IMG/VR virus record: IMGVR_UViG_3300042905_003268
Location: 39,780 to 103,779 of that record
DNA length: 64,000 nt
DNA from: a virus
Strand: one strand, 5' to 3'
Shown here: positions 41,124-50,379 of the stretch, one piece after another
How positions within the stretch are numbered: the first letter of the stretch is position 1
Layout: every line of letters begins with the position of its first letter
Translations under genes and position numbers: made by a program
The notes under the pieces: generated by a model
The model's database searches: none
Told to the model about the DNA's origin: nothing
Seen by the model: the letters and a program-made list of their open reading frames with translations, nothing else

Positions 41124-42026
41124 TTATAGCCATGCGATATATATTACACCTGGAGATCCAGATCCTCCACCTACACCATTCCAGAAGCCGCCGCCTCCGC
41201 CTGCGCCATACCCTGTGGCATTACCTCCCCCAGCGCCGCTACACCTACCACCTTTTCCTATTTCATATCTACCAGCAGGCCACTCTTGAACCTCTCCTCC
41301 AAGCCCCGCCGTAGTAGATCCACATATAACTGGAGTCCCATATCTTTTATGACTTTCATATTGTGCCCCTGATGGAATATAGTTTGCTGCAGACGCGAAG
41401 GAGCCATTCAGACTAGAATAATTTCCTAATTTTGTTTCTCCAGAAGTATTAGAGGCTCCATGTGCTATAGCAGCACTTACTGTAGATATTTCTGAGCCAG
41501 TAAGAAGTACATTATGAACTATATTTACATGTCCAGTTCTTCCTCCTCCTCCCACAGATGTTCCTCCTGCTGAAGCACCACCATTCATGCCTCCTCCTAC
41601 TAAAACTAAGGTAGCCCTACCTGATTTACTTGGTGTTATTCCAGAAGAAGTTATTACTTCAAAGTTGGTCTTAGTGCTTTCTAATAAATCACTACCAATA
41701 AATTCCAGAGAAACTTGTACTGCTGGGGTAATTGAAGATATTGTTCCATCTTCACCTGTAGCAGTAACCCTTTTTTCTATCCATACTGAAGTGGCGCTAG
41801 AAGAAACAACAAGGTAGGATGCTCCGCCAGTTAGCGTTATATTCGATCCAACGAGAGTTCCACTATCATTGTATGCCCTTATATCTAGGTCTGTGGTGGC
41901 AGGATTTGTACTTATTTTCCATGTACCTCTTTTTAAGTTTGCATAGACTCCATAAGCAGTATTAGTATTGCTTACAGTATTTATAGAAAATTTTTCGGAA
42001 GTAGATCCTAATATACTTATTGCCAT
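41124..42026 (-). CDS. Glycine-rich virion-type protein
   Basis: VLVGGG...GAGGGGG...GGSGSPGVIYI. Confidence 0.6.
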   Translation of the reverse strand: MAISILGSTSEKFSINTVSNTNTAYGVYANLKRGTWKISTNPATTDLDIRAYNDSGTLVGSNITLTGGASYLVVSSSATSVWIEKRVTATGEDGTISSITPAVQVSLEFIGSDLLESTKTNFEVITSSGITPSKSGRATLVLVGGGMNGGASAGGTSVGGGGRTGHVNIVHNVLLTGSEISTVSAAIAHGASNTSGETKLGNYSSLNGSFASAANYIPSGAQYESHKRYGTPVICGSTTAGLGGEVQEWPAGRYEIGKGGRCSGAGGGNATGYGAGGGGGFWNGVGGGSGSPGVIYIAWL

Positions 42027-42334
42027 TAAGTAATTTCAACCCCAGTTATGTGAATAGTTAAGGCAGATCCTGTTGCTGCCCCACCCTTAATTATTTCAGT
42101 AGTATTTAATGCTTGCTTTAAATCTATAACGGAAGCAGTATTTGCAGGAATAGTTGTTCCAGAAAGAATTGCTACGTCATTTAATGATAAAGTTACTGTT
42201 GTATCGCTTCCTGTGATATTTGTAACAACGATATTGGTTATTATAGTAGTTGTTGAGGAAGGAACTGTATATAGAGTAGTTGAGGTAGTAGTTGTTAGAG
42301 TAGTTCTAGCAAGTGGTTTTATAACATTTGGCAT
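42026..42334 (-). CDS. Small beta-rich virion-type protein
   Basis: TLYTVP...I.V.N...ITGVEIT. Confidence 0.55.
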   Translation of the reverse strand: MPNVIKPLARTTLTTTTSTTLYTVPSSTTTIITNIVVTNITGSDTTVTLSLNDVAILSGTTIPANTASVIDLKQALNTTEIIKGGAATGSALTIHITGVEIT

Positions 42335-42540
42335 TATAGGGCTCCCGCAATAACAAGTAGTTGATCATTACTTATTGTACCAGATATTGAAGAAATAGAA
42401 CTGGTTACTGTGCTGGCAAAGTTGGCGTCATCATTTATTGCTGCCGCCAATTCATTTAAAGTATCTAAAGCAGAAGGGGCACCATCTAAAATTATAGACC
42501 CCGCGCCCAATAAATTAGCAATATCTCTTGATCTTGACAT
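42334..42540 (-). CDS. Mini-protein with tail-fibre helical motif
   Basis: DGAPSALDTLNELAAAINDDANFASTVT. Confidence 0.6.
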   Translation of the reverse strand: MSRSRDIANLLGAGSIILDGAPSALDTLNELAAAINDDANFASTVTSSISSISGTISNDQLLVIAGAL

Positions 42541-42547
42541 ATATTAA

Positions 42548-42745
42548 TTATATCCCATTATCAGGATTAATAAAAGTAGAATTATCTTCATCATAATTCC
42601 AACCAGGCATTACTTCTGTATTTTTTAATTCTAAAATTAATGGGTTCTGAGAAAATATTGCTGCAAACGCATCATCAACCCATATACAATCAGCAACTAC
42701 TCCATCTACAATGAAGGCAAATCTTCTGTTTGTTTCTCTATTCAT
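42548..42745 (-). CDS. Small hypothetical protein
   Basis: FAFIVDGVV...GWNYD; resembles 43656..43886. Confidence 0.55.
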   Translation of the reverse strand: MNRETNRRFAFIVDGVVADCIWVDDAFAAIFSQNPLILELKNTEVMPGWNYDEDNSTFINPDNGI

Positions 42746-42959
42746 CTTCCGCCTGCCACTTTCCTATAGGACATTCAGCATTTGGCAGTTTTACTTTTTG
42801 TGTCATGAAACACCCGCATTTTTTGCATTGCTTTGTAGTTTTTATTAATTCAGGACATATCAAACATTTAGACAGTCTATAGTCCTGAATCTCTTCAGAA
42901 ACCTTAGAAATATTTGGATTTATTAAATCCCAAGGTTTTGCTTTTTTCTTTTTAAACAT
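42738..42959 (-). CDS. Small Cys-rich metal-binding protein (DUF6171-like)
   Basis: R..C..C...QCKKCGCFM..K......CPIGKW. Confidence 0.6.
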   Translation of the reverse strand: MFKKKKAKPWDLINPNISKVSEEIQDYRLSKCLICPELIKTTKQCKKCGCFMTQKVKLPNAECPIGKWQAEDE

Positions 42960-43651
42960 TATAAAAACCTTTTTTTAGTCCAAAAATTATCTCTGTAGTA
43001 TCCTCTTTTTACAGATCTACATTTTATTCCCTGACAACTTGCTTGATGAGATAAACTTTTGTCTACGGACATGGCCCAGGATTCTCTTTTAAATGGTATT
43101 ATTTGACATATTGGAGTTCCTGCTGGGATAACTCCTTCAAAGGAGGCGTCAAAAAAGAAGGGTATATTGCCCCAGGAATGCATTTTATCAGAATCTACTA
43201 TTGAAGATACAGTACTAAAAGGCAAATCTTTTCTGTTTAGAGGATGAGTAAATAAAACGGAATGTTTTTTAGGAACTTTTATTCCCCATAAACCTTTCCA
43301 GGTCATGTGATTTATTAAGTTATCATTTCCTCTAGGCATTTTTTCTCCTAGTTTGTTGTCTCTCTCTACGACAAGTGGTAGGTTGCCTTCCCATTCAACA
43401 ATTACGTTTCCATTTTCTTTAGTTACATATACATTATTTTGTAATAATATAAAATATCCAGATATTAAAGAATCTAGGTATGGCATACATGCCTTTATTC
43501 CGCTTTTTAAATCCTCGTCTTCAGAAACTATGTGATGCTCTGACTTCATATACCATTCTGGAATAGCAGATCCCGACTTTATTGGAGATATAACTTCTTG
43601 CCCGGAATCTAATAGTTCTAGAGAAGGAATAAATTTAATGTTTTTAATCAT
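42959..43651 (-). CDS. Conserved phage protein, paralog of 35539..36261
   Basis: IPEWY...KACMP.LD...GY...IPAGTPICQIIPFKRE. Confidence 0.55.
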   Translation of the reverse strand: MIKNIKFIPSLELLDSGQEVISPIKSGSAIPEWYMKSEHHIVSEDEDLKSGIKACMPYLDSLISGYFILLQNNVYVTKENGNVIVEWEGNLPLVVERDNKLGEKMPRGNDNLINHMTWKGLWGIKVPKKHSVLFTHPLNRKDLPFSTVSSIVDSDKMHSWGNIPFFFDASFEGVIPAGTPICQIIPFKRESWAMSVDKSLSHQASCQGIKCRSVKRGYYRDNFWTKKRFL

Positions 43652-43655
43652 TAAA

Positions 43656-43886
43656 TCAACTTTCAGTATTAACTATGAAGTTTTGACCATCCCATATAGA
43701 TCCTACCGGAATAACGGTATTTTCTGCAATTTGTACAAATATAGGATTGCTTCCTAGAACGCTGGCTGCTCTGTCATGAACTTTAAAAGTTGTAGCCGCT
43801 ACTCCATTAACAACTGCAACAAAAACGTACGGGGTGGGAAGTGAATCCGTTGTGAAGGGTGGTATTTCGGGAAGTATTTCTGACAT
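43656..43886 (-). CDS. Small hypothetical protein
   Basis: FVAVVNGV...GSIWDG. Confidence 0.55.
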   Translation of the reverse strand: MSEILPEIPPFTTDSLPTPYVFVAVVNGVAATTFKVHDRAASVLGSNPIFVQIAENTVIPVGSIWDGQNFIVNTES

Positions 43887-43893
43887 GTCACTC

Positions 43894-44706
43894 CTAACTT
43901 AAATTAAATTTTGTAACTGAGTTTCCTTGATTATCTGATGATGATAATATTATACCAGACTTGCTTGCTGGAGAAGATATTGTTTGATTCATAGATCCTA
44001 TATTATTTGTCATGTTTGTGTCGCTATAGGCTATTGCATTTAAAGAAGTTCCAGATATTGTTGCTTTAATAGTCAATATTGTGGCGCTTGCAGAAGCATT
44101 AAATATCGTACTAACAGTATTTGATACAGATCTTATTAAAGTTAAAAATCTATTTATTCCAGATGTTGTATAACTACAGTCATAATAATTTATGTAACTA
44201 CAGTCATAATAGGTCGGACATGACCAACTCCCGCATGTGGCTGGAACACAAGTTTCTGTACATGCATCTGAATTAAAGAAAAATTGACCATATCCTGCTG
44301 GGCAACTAAGAGTACAGTAAGAGCCGCAATACCATTCACAGTATCCGTAGGAAACACAGGTAGCGGGAACATAATTGCTACACGTTTGCGGCACATAAGT
44401 AGAAAAGTTTTGCTCTCTTCTATATACTCCCCACCAATTTCCAGAATCTGAAACCCAAAATGCTATTCCTCCGCCAGAAGATACATTTGCCACTAAAGTT
44501 TGAGAAGTTGGAGAGGCAACATCAATTGTTGCTATTGGATACGAACTAGCAGAGTCTGATGAAGTTGTTGTATTAGATGATATTGACCAAGTTCCTCTAA
44601 TATTTTTCCATGGACTACCTAAAGATCCATTTGATCTATTAAATAAATCGGTAAACGTTTTAAATCCTCTTTTAGAAGATGATACTAAGCCAATTAAAAA
44701 ACTCAT
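43894..44706 (-). CDS. Virion-type beta protein with a Cys/Tyr-rich insert
   Basis: DLFNRSNGSLG..W scaffold; ~75-aa insert with many Cys and Tyr. Confidence 0.6.
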   Translation of the reverse strand: MSFLIGLVSSSKRGFKTFTDLFNRSNGSLGSPWKNIRGTWSISSNTTTSSDSASSYPIATIDVASPTSQTLVANVSSGGGIAFWVSDSGNWWGVYRREQNFSTYVPQTCSNYVPATCVSYGYCEWYCGSYCTLSCPAGYGQFFFNSDACTETCVPATCGSWSCPTYYDCSYINYYDCSYTTSGINRFLTLIRSVSNTVSTIFNASASATILTIKATISGTSLNAIAYSDTNMTNNIGSMNQTISSPASKSGIILSSSDNQGNSVTKFNLS

Positions 44707-47138
44707 GTTGTAATGTTACCAATTAGGACCCAGGTATTTTCTGCTCTTTTTATTAATGATGCTCCCGCCCATTGACCAGACAATTTTGTTCCTGAATCAA
44801 AACTGTTTACTGTTACTCCTACTCCCGCCTGAATGGTAGTCTGACCAGAACCAGTTTGAACAATATCAATTCTACTACCAACAGGGAACTCAACAGATGA
44901 ATTAGGTGGAACGGTAACAGTATTTGCAGAAGAATTATTCATTTCAACGAATTTGGTAGCATCTGCCAGAACTAAAGTATATGATGTTCCGGTTTGAGCA
45001 TTGCTAGAAATAACTTTATCTAATTTTGTTGAAATTTCAGTACTTACAAAGGCCGTAGTAGCAATTTGAGTAGTATTAGTTCCTGAGGTTGCTGTAGGAG
45101 CAGCGGGAACTCCAGTAAATGTTGGAGAGGCTATGTTTGCTTTTAACGCAAGGGAAGTGTCTATTTGAGAACTTGTATATGTGTTTGCTACATTAAGTAC
45201 ATTAAGTGCCACTATTTCAACAACATCGTTGGTTGTGGCGGCTGTTGATAAAACAACTGTTAAACCATCTGTAGCAGTATAATCAGTTCCTCTTAGAAGA
45301 AGAACTCCATTTAGATATACTTGCTCTCTACCTGGAGTATATTCTAAAAGAACTCCCGCGCTAGATATTCCAGAAAATGAAGATTGAGAGCCAGTCAAAA
45401 CTCTCGTCCATCTAACATAATGATGTGGATCTAATCCTGTTACATCAACGTCTGACTCTACCCAAATATCCCCCACCGCTGGAGATGATGGCGCTGTTGC
45501 AGAATATTTTAATGAATTAATTGCAGACCATGAAGGGTTAGTTCCATCTGTTGTTAAATATTTACCAGAATGGCTTGTTTGTGAAGGAACTCCTACCAGC
45601 CCAACCACCGTTGCTGAAGTAAGAGTAACCGTTCCAGTAAATGTTGGAGAGGCTAGTGGAGCATATGTAGTAGAGGCTACTGAAGAGTCTAATTTTCCAT
45701 TTACCTGTGTTTGGAGTGCAGAAACGGTGATGCTTGATGCTTTACCGTCTACCTCTGTTTGTAATGAAGATAAAGAAGAAGTGGATGCCTTAGCATTTAA
45801 TTGAGTTTGTATACTAGAAGTAACTCCATCTAGATAACCAATTTCTATATTAGAAACATCACCGATTGATGTTGTGGCGGGTAGTAATACAGTTCCAGTA
45901 AATGTTGGGGAGTTTAATCTTGCAACAGAACTACTTATATACGAATCAGATATGGCAGTTCCGTTCCATGTTCCAGAAGTAATTGTTCCAACAGAACTTA
46001 TAGAAGAATTTCCTGTAAATGTAGAAAGAGCAGTATTTTCTACATTAGATAGACCAAGTACTGTTTTTGCTGCGGCAATATCTGCTGAAGCAATTATGCT
46101 TCTTCCATATTCAGTTAATGTAGCGGTTGAAAAAACATTCTGCGCGTTTCCATTAAAATAAAGTATTGTATTTGCAGTATTAGTTAATCCAGATATAGAT
46201 AGTAGGTTTGGATCACTTATACTAAAGTTTAATTTTCTACTAACATTGTTAAAGTCTACCGACACACCAGATTCAGTATTGTTAGAAACCATGTTTCCAA
46301 CAGTATCTTCAACTTGAGCCGTTTGGAATGGAATTGTACCCCAGGATAAAGTGTCACCATTTGTTGTGAGAAATTTATTCTCTTGGTATTGCTGATTTGG
46401 AATTACTTCATTAATAATTGATTTATTCTGCCATAAACCTAAAGTAGAGTTATATACTATTGTGTGTCCAGTTAATGGACTTGATATAGATACATTATGA
46501 ATTTCATCTAGTTCATATCCATTTTGTACATTGACAAAAATTTGACCATTATTTTGTTGAACTCTAGTAACTATACCTATAAAAACCGTGTGAATTGGAG
46601 CGGCGGGTTTGTTAGCAGTCCCATAAAGGAGATTTCCATTTGTACCCAGCCAAACTGGATCTCCTGCGGTGGCTGAAGAAGTATTTAATCCAGAAATCAA
46701 TCCTTCTGTAACAACAAACCCTATATCATTAGTAGATAGGTTTTGTTCCAAAAGACCCAATGTTTTTGATGAAGTTAATTCTGAAGAATTTGATGCTTTA
46801 GAAACAATTTTATTTGTACCATCTGCAGATGATACATAAACGGCTTGTCCTTTATTTATTGCCTCTGCCGCTTTTACATTATGCTTAACTTGAGATGTAT
46901 AATTATCTATCCACTCGGTATTGTAATTTGTTGCATCAATTTTTGCTAATATCTGACCACTTGTTCCGCCTATTGGAACGCCAGATCCGCCGCTTGCAGA
47001 AAAAGCAACCCATGCAGATCCATCATAATATTTAAAACTATTACTTACAGTATTATAATAAATTTCACCAGCAGTACCAGTTGCAGGGTCTGCTGCTAAA
47101 TTTACAATTCTTTGAGTAGATAATAGTCTTTTAGCCAT
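44703..47138 (-). CDS. Tail-fibre-like virion protein
   Basis: Repeated ASPTFTG motifs; TQIATTAFV; conserved C-terminal module. Confidence 0.7.
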   Translation of the reverse strand: MAKRLLSTQRIVNLAADPATGTAGEIYYNTVSNSFKYYDGSAWVAFSASGGSGVPIGGTSGQILAKIDATNYNTEWIDNYTSQVKHNVKAAEAINKGQAVYVSSADGTNKIVSKASNSSELTSSKTLGLLEQNLSTNDIGFVVTEGLISGLNTSSATAGDPVWLGTNGNLLYGTANKPAAPIHTVFIGIVTRVQQNNGQIFVNVQNGYELDEIHNVSISSPLTGHTIVYNSTLGLWQNKSIINEVIPNQQYQENKFLTTNGDTLSWGTIPFQTAQVEDTVGNMVSNNTESGVSVDFNNVSRKLNFSISDPNLLSISGLTNTANTILYFNGNAQNVFSTATLTEYGRSIIASADIAAAKTVLGLSNVENTALSTFTGNSSISSVGTITSGTWNGTAISDSYISSSVARLNSPTFTGTVLLPATTSIGDVSNIEIGYLDGVTSSIQTQLNAKASTSSLSSLQTEVDGKASSITVSALQTQVNGKLDSSVASTTYAPLASPTFTGTVTLTSATVVGLVGVPSQTSHSGKYLTTDGTNPSWSAINSLKYSATAPSSPAVGDIWVESDVDVTGLDPHHYVRWTRVLTGSQSSFSGISSAGVLLEYTPGREQVYLNGVLLLRGTDYTATDGLTVVLSTAATTNDVVEIVALNVLNVANTYTSSQIDTSLALKANIASPTFTGVPAAPTATSGTNTTQIATTAFVSTEISTKLDKVISSNAQTGTSYTLVLADATKFVEMNNSSANTVTVPPNSSVEFPVGSRIDIVQTGSGQTTIQAGVGVTVNSFDSGTKLSGQWAGASLIKRAENTWVLIGNITT

Positions 47139-47144
47139 AGTTAT

Positions 47145-47150
47145 ATTATA
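47145..47150 (-). promoter_or_regulatory. -10 TATAAT, leaderless
   Basis: 6 nt before ATG 47138. Confidence 0.55.
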
Positions 47151-47160
47151 CCTTTATACT

Positions 47161-47188
47161 GGTGGGGAGGTAAAAATACCTCCCCACC
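47161..47188 (-). terminator. Terminator-like hairpin
   Basis: GGTGGGGAGGTA...TACCTCCCCACC. Confidence 0.65.
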
Positions 47189-47198
47189 GAATATAAAA

Positions 47199-48251
47199 TT
47201 AGCCTACTGTTACTACCTTGTAGTTAGTAGTACCTGATGGTGCGGCTGCAAATCTGATTGTTACTACAGAAGTTGATGTTCTCTCAATATCTACTTCTAC
47301 TGTATCGTATGGTGATGCAGCATCGTATACTTGAACTTGAACTTCTCTTGTTCCCAGGTTATGCGTAATTGCAAACGCTGTAGTAGCGGTATCTCCAGCA
47401 ATGTTACCAACATGCTTTCTTGCTACTGAATGATAATTAGTTCCATCATTTGTTAGTGTCCATAGGTCTGAGGTCTCATTCCACAGAATGCTAACATTTG
47501 TAGAATCTCCTCTTTCAACCTCTAGACCAGCGTTCAATGATGGAACTCCAGTAACACCCTTGTTAAGAAGAACAATATTGTCTTCAACTTCAAGCGTTGC
47601 TGTATTGAGTGCTGTAGTAGTTCCATCTACTGTCAGGTTTCCAGAAACAACAAGGTTATTATTAACTGTAGTAGTTCCTGTTGCAGCGCCAACAGATACA
47701 GTTGTTGCGGCTCCACCAACATTCAATGTTGTAGCATTAGCATTAAACAATGAAGCAGTTGTGGCAGTTGTTGTAACGTCACCACCATTAACAGCAGCAT
47801 CACCAGAAAGAGTTAATCCTACGAAGGATACTGAATCTGATGTTCCTACTGCCTGACCAATTGCAACGGTTGGGCTTGATCCTTCTGCTGGTGTATGTGT
47901 TACTGTAACACCAGTACCAGCGGTAATATCATTAACAAAGTTGCCTGTAGTATCAGTACCTAATGCCACAGAATTAGAAGCAATTGTTGTGCTAATGGTA
48001 ATTGTTCCATTAGAAACGTTTGCTGTACCAGTTACGTCACCTTCTAATGTAACGGTAGATGCTGCATTTGCTCCAATTGCTAATGGTTGCCATGCAGTAC
48101 CATCATAAATTTTTAATCTGTTGTTTGTTGAATCAAAGTAGACCCGACCCTTTACGCCAGAAGGCTCAGAGGCCGCTGGCAGATTTTGAATTACGGCATT
48201 CTGTAATTCATTAGTGCCGAGGTCTAAACTAACTAAAAATCTTTTAGCCAT
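47199..48251 (-). CDS. Fibre-like virion protein
   Basis: VSGNLTVDGTTT..N...VEDN..LN; AGLEVERG; ITHNLGT. Confidence 0.65.
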   Translation of the reverse strand: MAKRFLVSLDLGTNELQNAVIQNLPAASEPSGVKGRVYFDSTNNRLKIYDGTAWQPLAIGANAASTVTLEGDVTGTANVSNGTITISTTIASNSVALGTDTTGNFVNDITAGTGVTVTHTPAEGSSPTVAIGQAVGTSDSVSFVGLTLSGDAAVNGGDVTTTATTASLFNANATTLNVGGAATTVSVGAATGTTTVNNNLVVSGNLTVDGTTTALNTATLEVEDNIVLLNKGVTGVPSLNAGLEVERGDSTNVSILWNETSDLWTLTNDGTNYHSVARKHVGNIAGDTATTAFAITHNLGTREVQVQVYDAASPYDTVEVDIERTSTSVVTIRFAAAPSGTTNYKVVTVG

Positions 48252-48266
48252 TTTTTATTTCACCTC

Positions 48267-48674
48267 TCATGATAAATATGCCTTTCCAGCGAAAGGGGAT
48301 GCAAATGTAGCGATAATGGTATTTACATTTGCATATGTGTAATTTCCAACTACTATCGTACCCGCAGAGTCAACTACTTCAATACTTGGATAATATTCCA
48401 AATTATGATTTATCGTCCAAGTACTTGAAGCGACTCCTTGTGTGTGTGTATACGTTCCAGGAAGACTAACTGGCTCTCCCCAGGCTCCACCTGTCTTTGG
48501 GCCGTACATTTTATATCTTGAAGTATCTATGTAAAAATCACCATTTTCACCTAAAGAAGATGATGGTGGGCCTGCACCATTTAATACTCCATTTCCTCTG
48601 GCACCTTGAATTCCTACTGAATTTATTTCTACAACATTTTCTATTCTTTCAACTGATATATTATTATGTGTCAT
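48267..48674 (-). CDS. Small virion-type protein with short collagen-like segment
   Basis: GIQGARG; G..GDFYID...YGPK; WTINHNL. Confidence 0.55.
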   Translation of the reverse strand: MTHNNISVERIENVVEINSVGIQGARGNGVLNGAGPPSSSLGENGDFYIDTSRYKMYGPKTGGAWGEPVSLPGTYTHTQGVASSTWTINHNLEYYPSIEVVDSAGTIVVGNYTYANVNTIIATFASPFAGKAYLS

Positions 48675-49012
48675 CGTATAACCGCCGAAGAAGTAGAAAT
48701 ATATCCTTTTAGTATTGTTGTTTGAGTTCCATTGGAAGATCTGATTTGTAACTGATAAGCAGCGCTTGGCAGAGTAAATTTTCTAGTTTGAGATGGATTA
48801 AATTGTATATCCAGTACTCCTGTAGATGGAGTTATCGTTATTCCAGATTGTTCATTTATTGAAGCGCATAAAATTTTACCAGATGGCTCGTTTCTAACGT
48901 CCATCTTTGCAGAATACCCGCTCAAATTTATAGGGGTCCCATTTGAATTTTTGTATATAACTCTAATTGCAAATGTGTCACCTTGAACTACTTTAAAATT
49001 TACTTCTTCCAT
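48671..49012 (-). CDS. BppU-like fibre-anchoring domain protein
   Basis: QGDTF...PINLSGYSAKM...YQLQI...ILKG. Confidence 0.55.
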   Translation of the reverse strand: MEEVNFKVVQGDTFAIRVIYKNSNGTPINLSGYSAKMDVRNEPSGKILCASINEQSGITITPSTGVLDIQFNPSQTRKFTLPSAAYQLQIRSSNGTQTTILKGYISTSSAVIR

Positions 49013-49063
49013 ATAAAAATAGACACCTCTTAGTTAAAATTATAACATCTATCAAGACTAATA

Positions 49064-49098
49064 CAGAAAGCCCACCGTGGCGGAACGGTGGGCCTTCT
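49064..49098 (-). terminator. Hairpin after endolysin gene
   Basis: GCCCACCGT...ACGGTGGGC. Confidence 0.6.
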
Positions 49099-49116
49099 GC
49101 GTGGGTGGCGGGGCAA

Positions 49117-50016
49117 TTAAGGCTTATCTTTGCCGAATAACGCAATCCATGTTTCGGCGTTTGGCTTTCCAGTTCTAAGTTCTCTAGGAAGATTAAGAGA
49201 TCTTTGGTATCTCTTCAAATCTTTTTCTGGAAACTTCTGAACTCCAACCTTTTCTGGAGCGTATCTTAACACACCAAGATCGTACATTCTACAAGCAACT
49301 CGCCAGGTAGCCTTATTTGCTGCATTAGCAACTATTGCTCTATCTGCGGCTGCACGGGATGGAATTGTTTCATCCCATTGCTTATGCTTTATACGATACT
49401 TGCGTGCTTCTGCTCTCCAGAAATTTTGATCATAATATTGTCTAAGTGTATCGTTCTTACGATATCTGAATGGACCATAGTTCTTTTCTCCAAGGAACGG
49501 TCCTGAGTCAGTCCAATCTCCGTGTGTAATAATACGAGATCCGTCTTCAGGCCATTCATTGAGATCCCATAGTGCTGCAAGTGTTCTAGCAACTTGTTCT
49601 ACTTGGTAGGAATTGATTGTCTTTCCTTTACCTGGATCATCAATTTCAATTCCCCAGGCTCTCCAATGAAGCACATTGCCAACACCAACACCTACTGCTG
49701 ACCATGGACCACCGTCGCCACTATGGTAAGTCGCGCCTGCGCTAAGATACCAATTTGTTGACTTGTCTTTACCAACTAATTGATTTGCTACTGCCATTGG
49801 AGCATACGCTGTAACTGCCCAGTATAGAGATGGTGCGCCATTTCCTTCACGGGCAGAAGCGGTAGATGTGTGATGCACAACACATGCCTGCATTCCATTT
49901 GACCATGGGTTGCCCTTCTTATCCCAATCCTTATAGAATTTGGCATCCACACCGTGTTCAATTAAGGCTTTCTGAATCTCCTGAGGAGTTGGTTGTTTAA
50001 CCATTTGCATCATCAT
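49117..50016 (-). CDS. Endolysin, N-acetylmuramoyl-L-alanine amidase (Amidase_2-like)
   Basis: VVHHT...YHSG...GIEI...ITHGDW...KND; C-terminal peptidoglycan-binding-like segment. Confidence 0.8.
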   Translation of the reverse strand: MMMQMVKQPTPQEIQKALIEHGVDAKFYKDWDKKGNPWSNGMQACVVHHTSTASAREGNGAPSLYWAVTAYAPMAVANQLVGKDKSTNWYLSAGATYHSGDGGPWSAVGVGVGNVLHWRAWGIEIDDPGKGKTINSYQVEQVARTLAALWDLNEWPEDGSRIITHGDWTDSGPFLGEKNYGPFRYRKNDTLRQYYDQNFWRAEARKYRIKHKQWDETIPSRAAADRAIVANAANKATWRVACRMYDLGVLRYAPEKVGVQKFPEKDLKRYQRSLNLPRELRTGKPNAETWIALFGKDKP

Positions 50017-50134
50017 CCTTGTCTACAATTAATGCAGGATCAATAGGGTCTTCTTCGGGGATGAAGTCTGCTGGTGGGTGATCTGTGTACATGTCTGCAA
50101 GATCGACTGCACCGCCATCTTGTAAATCAGGCAT
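49997..50134 (-). CDS. 45-aa acidic peptide in lysis cassette
   Basis: Own translation MPDLQDGGAVDLAD...DDDANG; overlaps both neighbours. Confidence 0.5.
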   Translation of the reverse strand: MPDLQDGGAVDLADMYTDHPPADFIPEEDPIDPALIVDKDDDANG

Positions 50135-50354
50135 TTGAGTTAACTCCGAATCTGTGATCTGTAGGATCAAGTGCTGTAATAACTAAGGGTAGAACTGAGG
50201 CAACTCCTGCTGCCAACCATGTTCTTAAATCAGAAGAATCTACTGCAAAAAGGTCTGCGCCGTCTGCTAAGAATAGCCCTAGTATGACTGCTGCAAAGAC
50301 CTTAACATACGAAACTACTGCCTTGCCAATTTTTGATTCCATAAAATTATTCAT
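50127..50354 (-). CDS. Putative holin
   Basis: Two hydrophobic helices, LDP.D.RFG tail, upstream of the amidase. Confidence 0.65.
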   Translation of the reverse strand: MNNFMESKIGKAVVSYVKVFAAVILGLFLADGADLFAVDSSDLRTWLAAGVASVLPLVITALDPTDHRFGVNSNA

Positions 50355-50379
50355 TTCTTACCTCCAATTAAGTATATCA

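Noticed and set aside
43894-44706. Diversity-generating retroelement acting on the variable virion genes
   Set aside because: No reverse transcriptase and no template/variable repeat pair seen in the window
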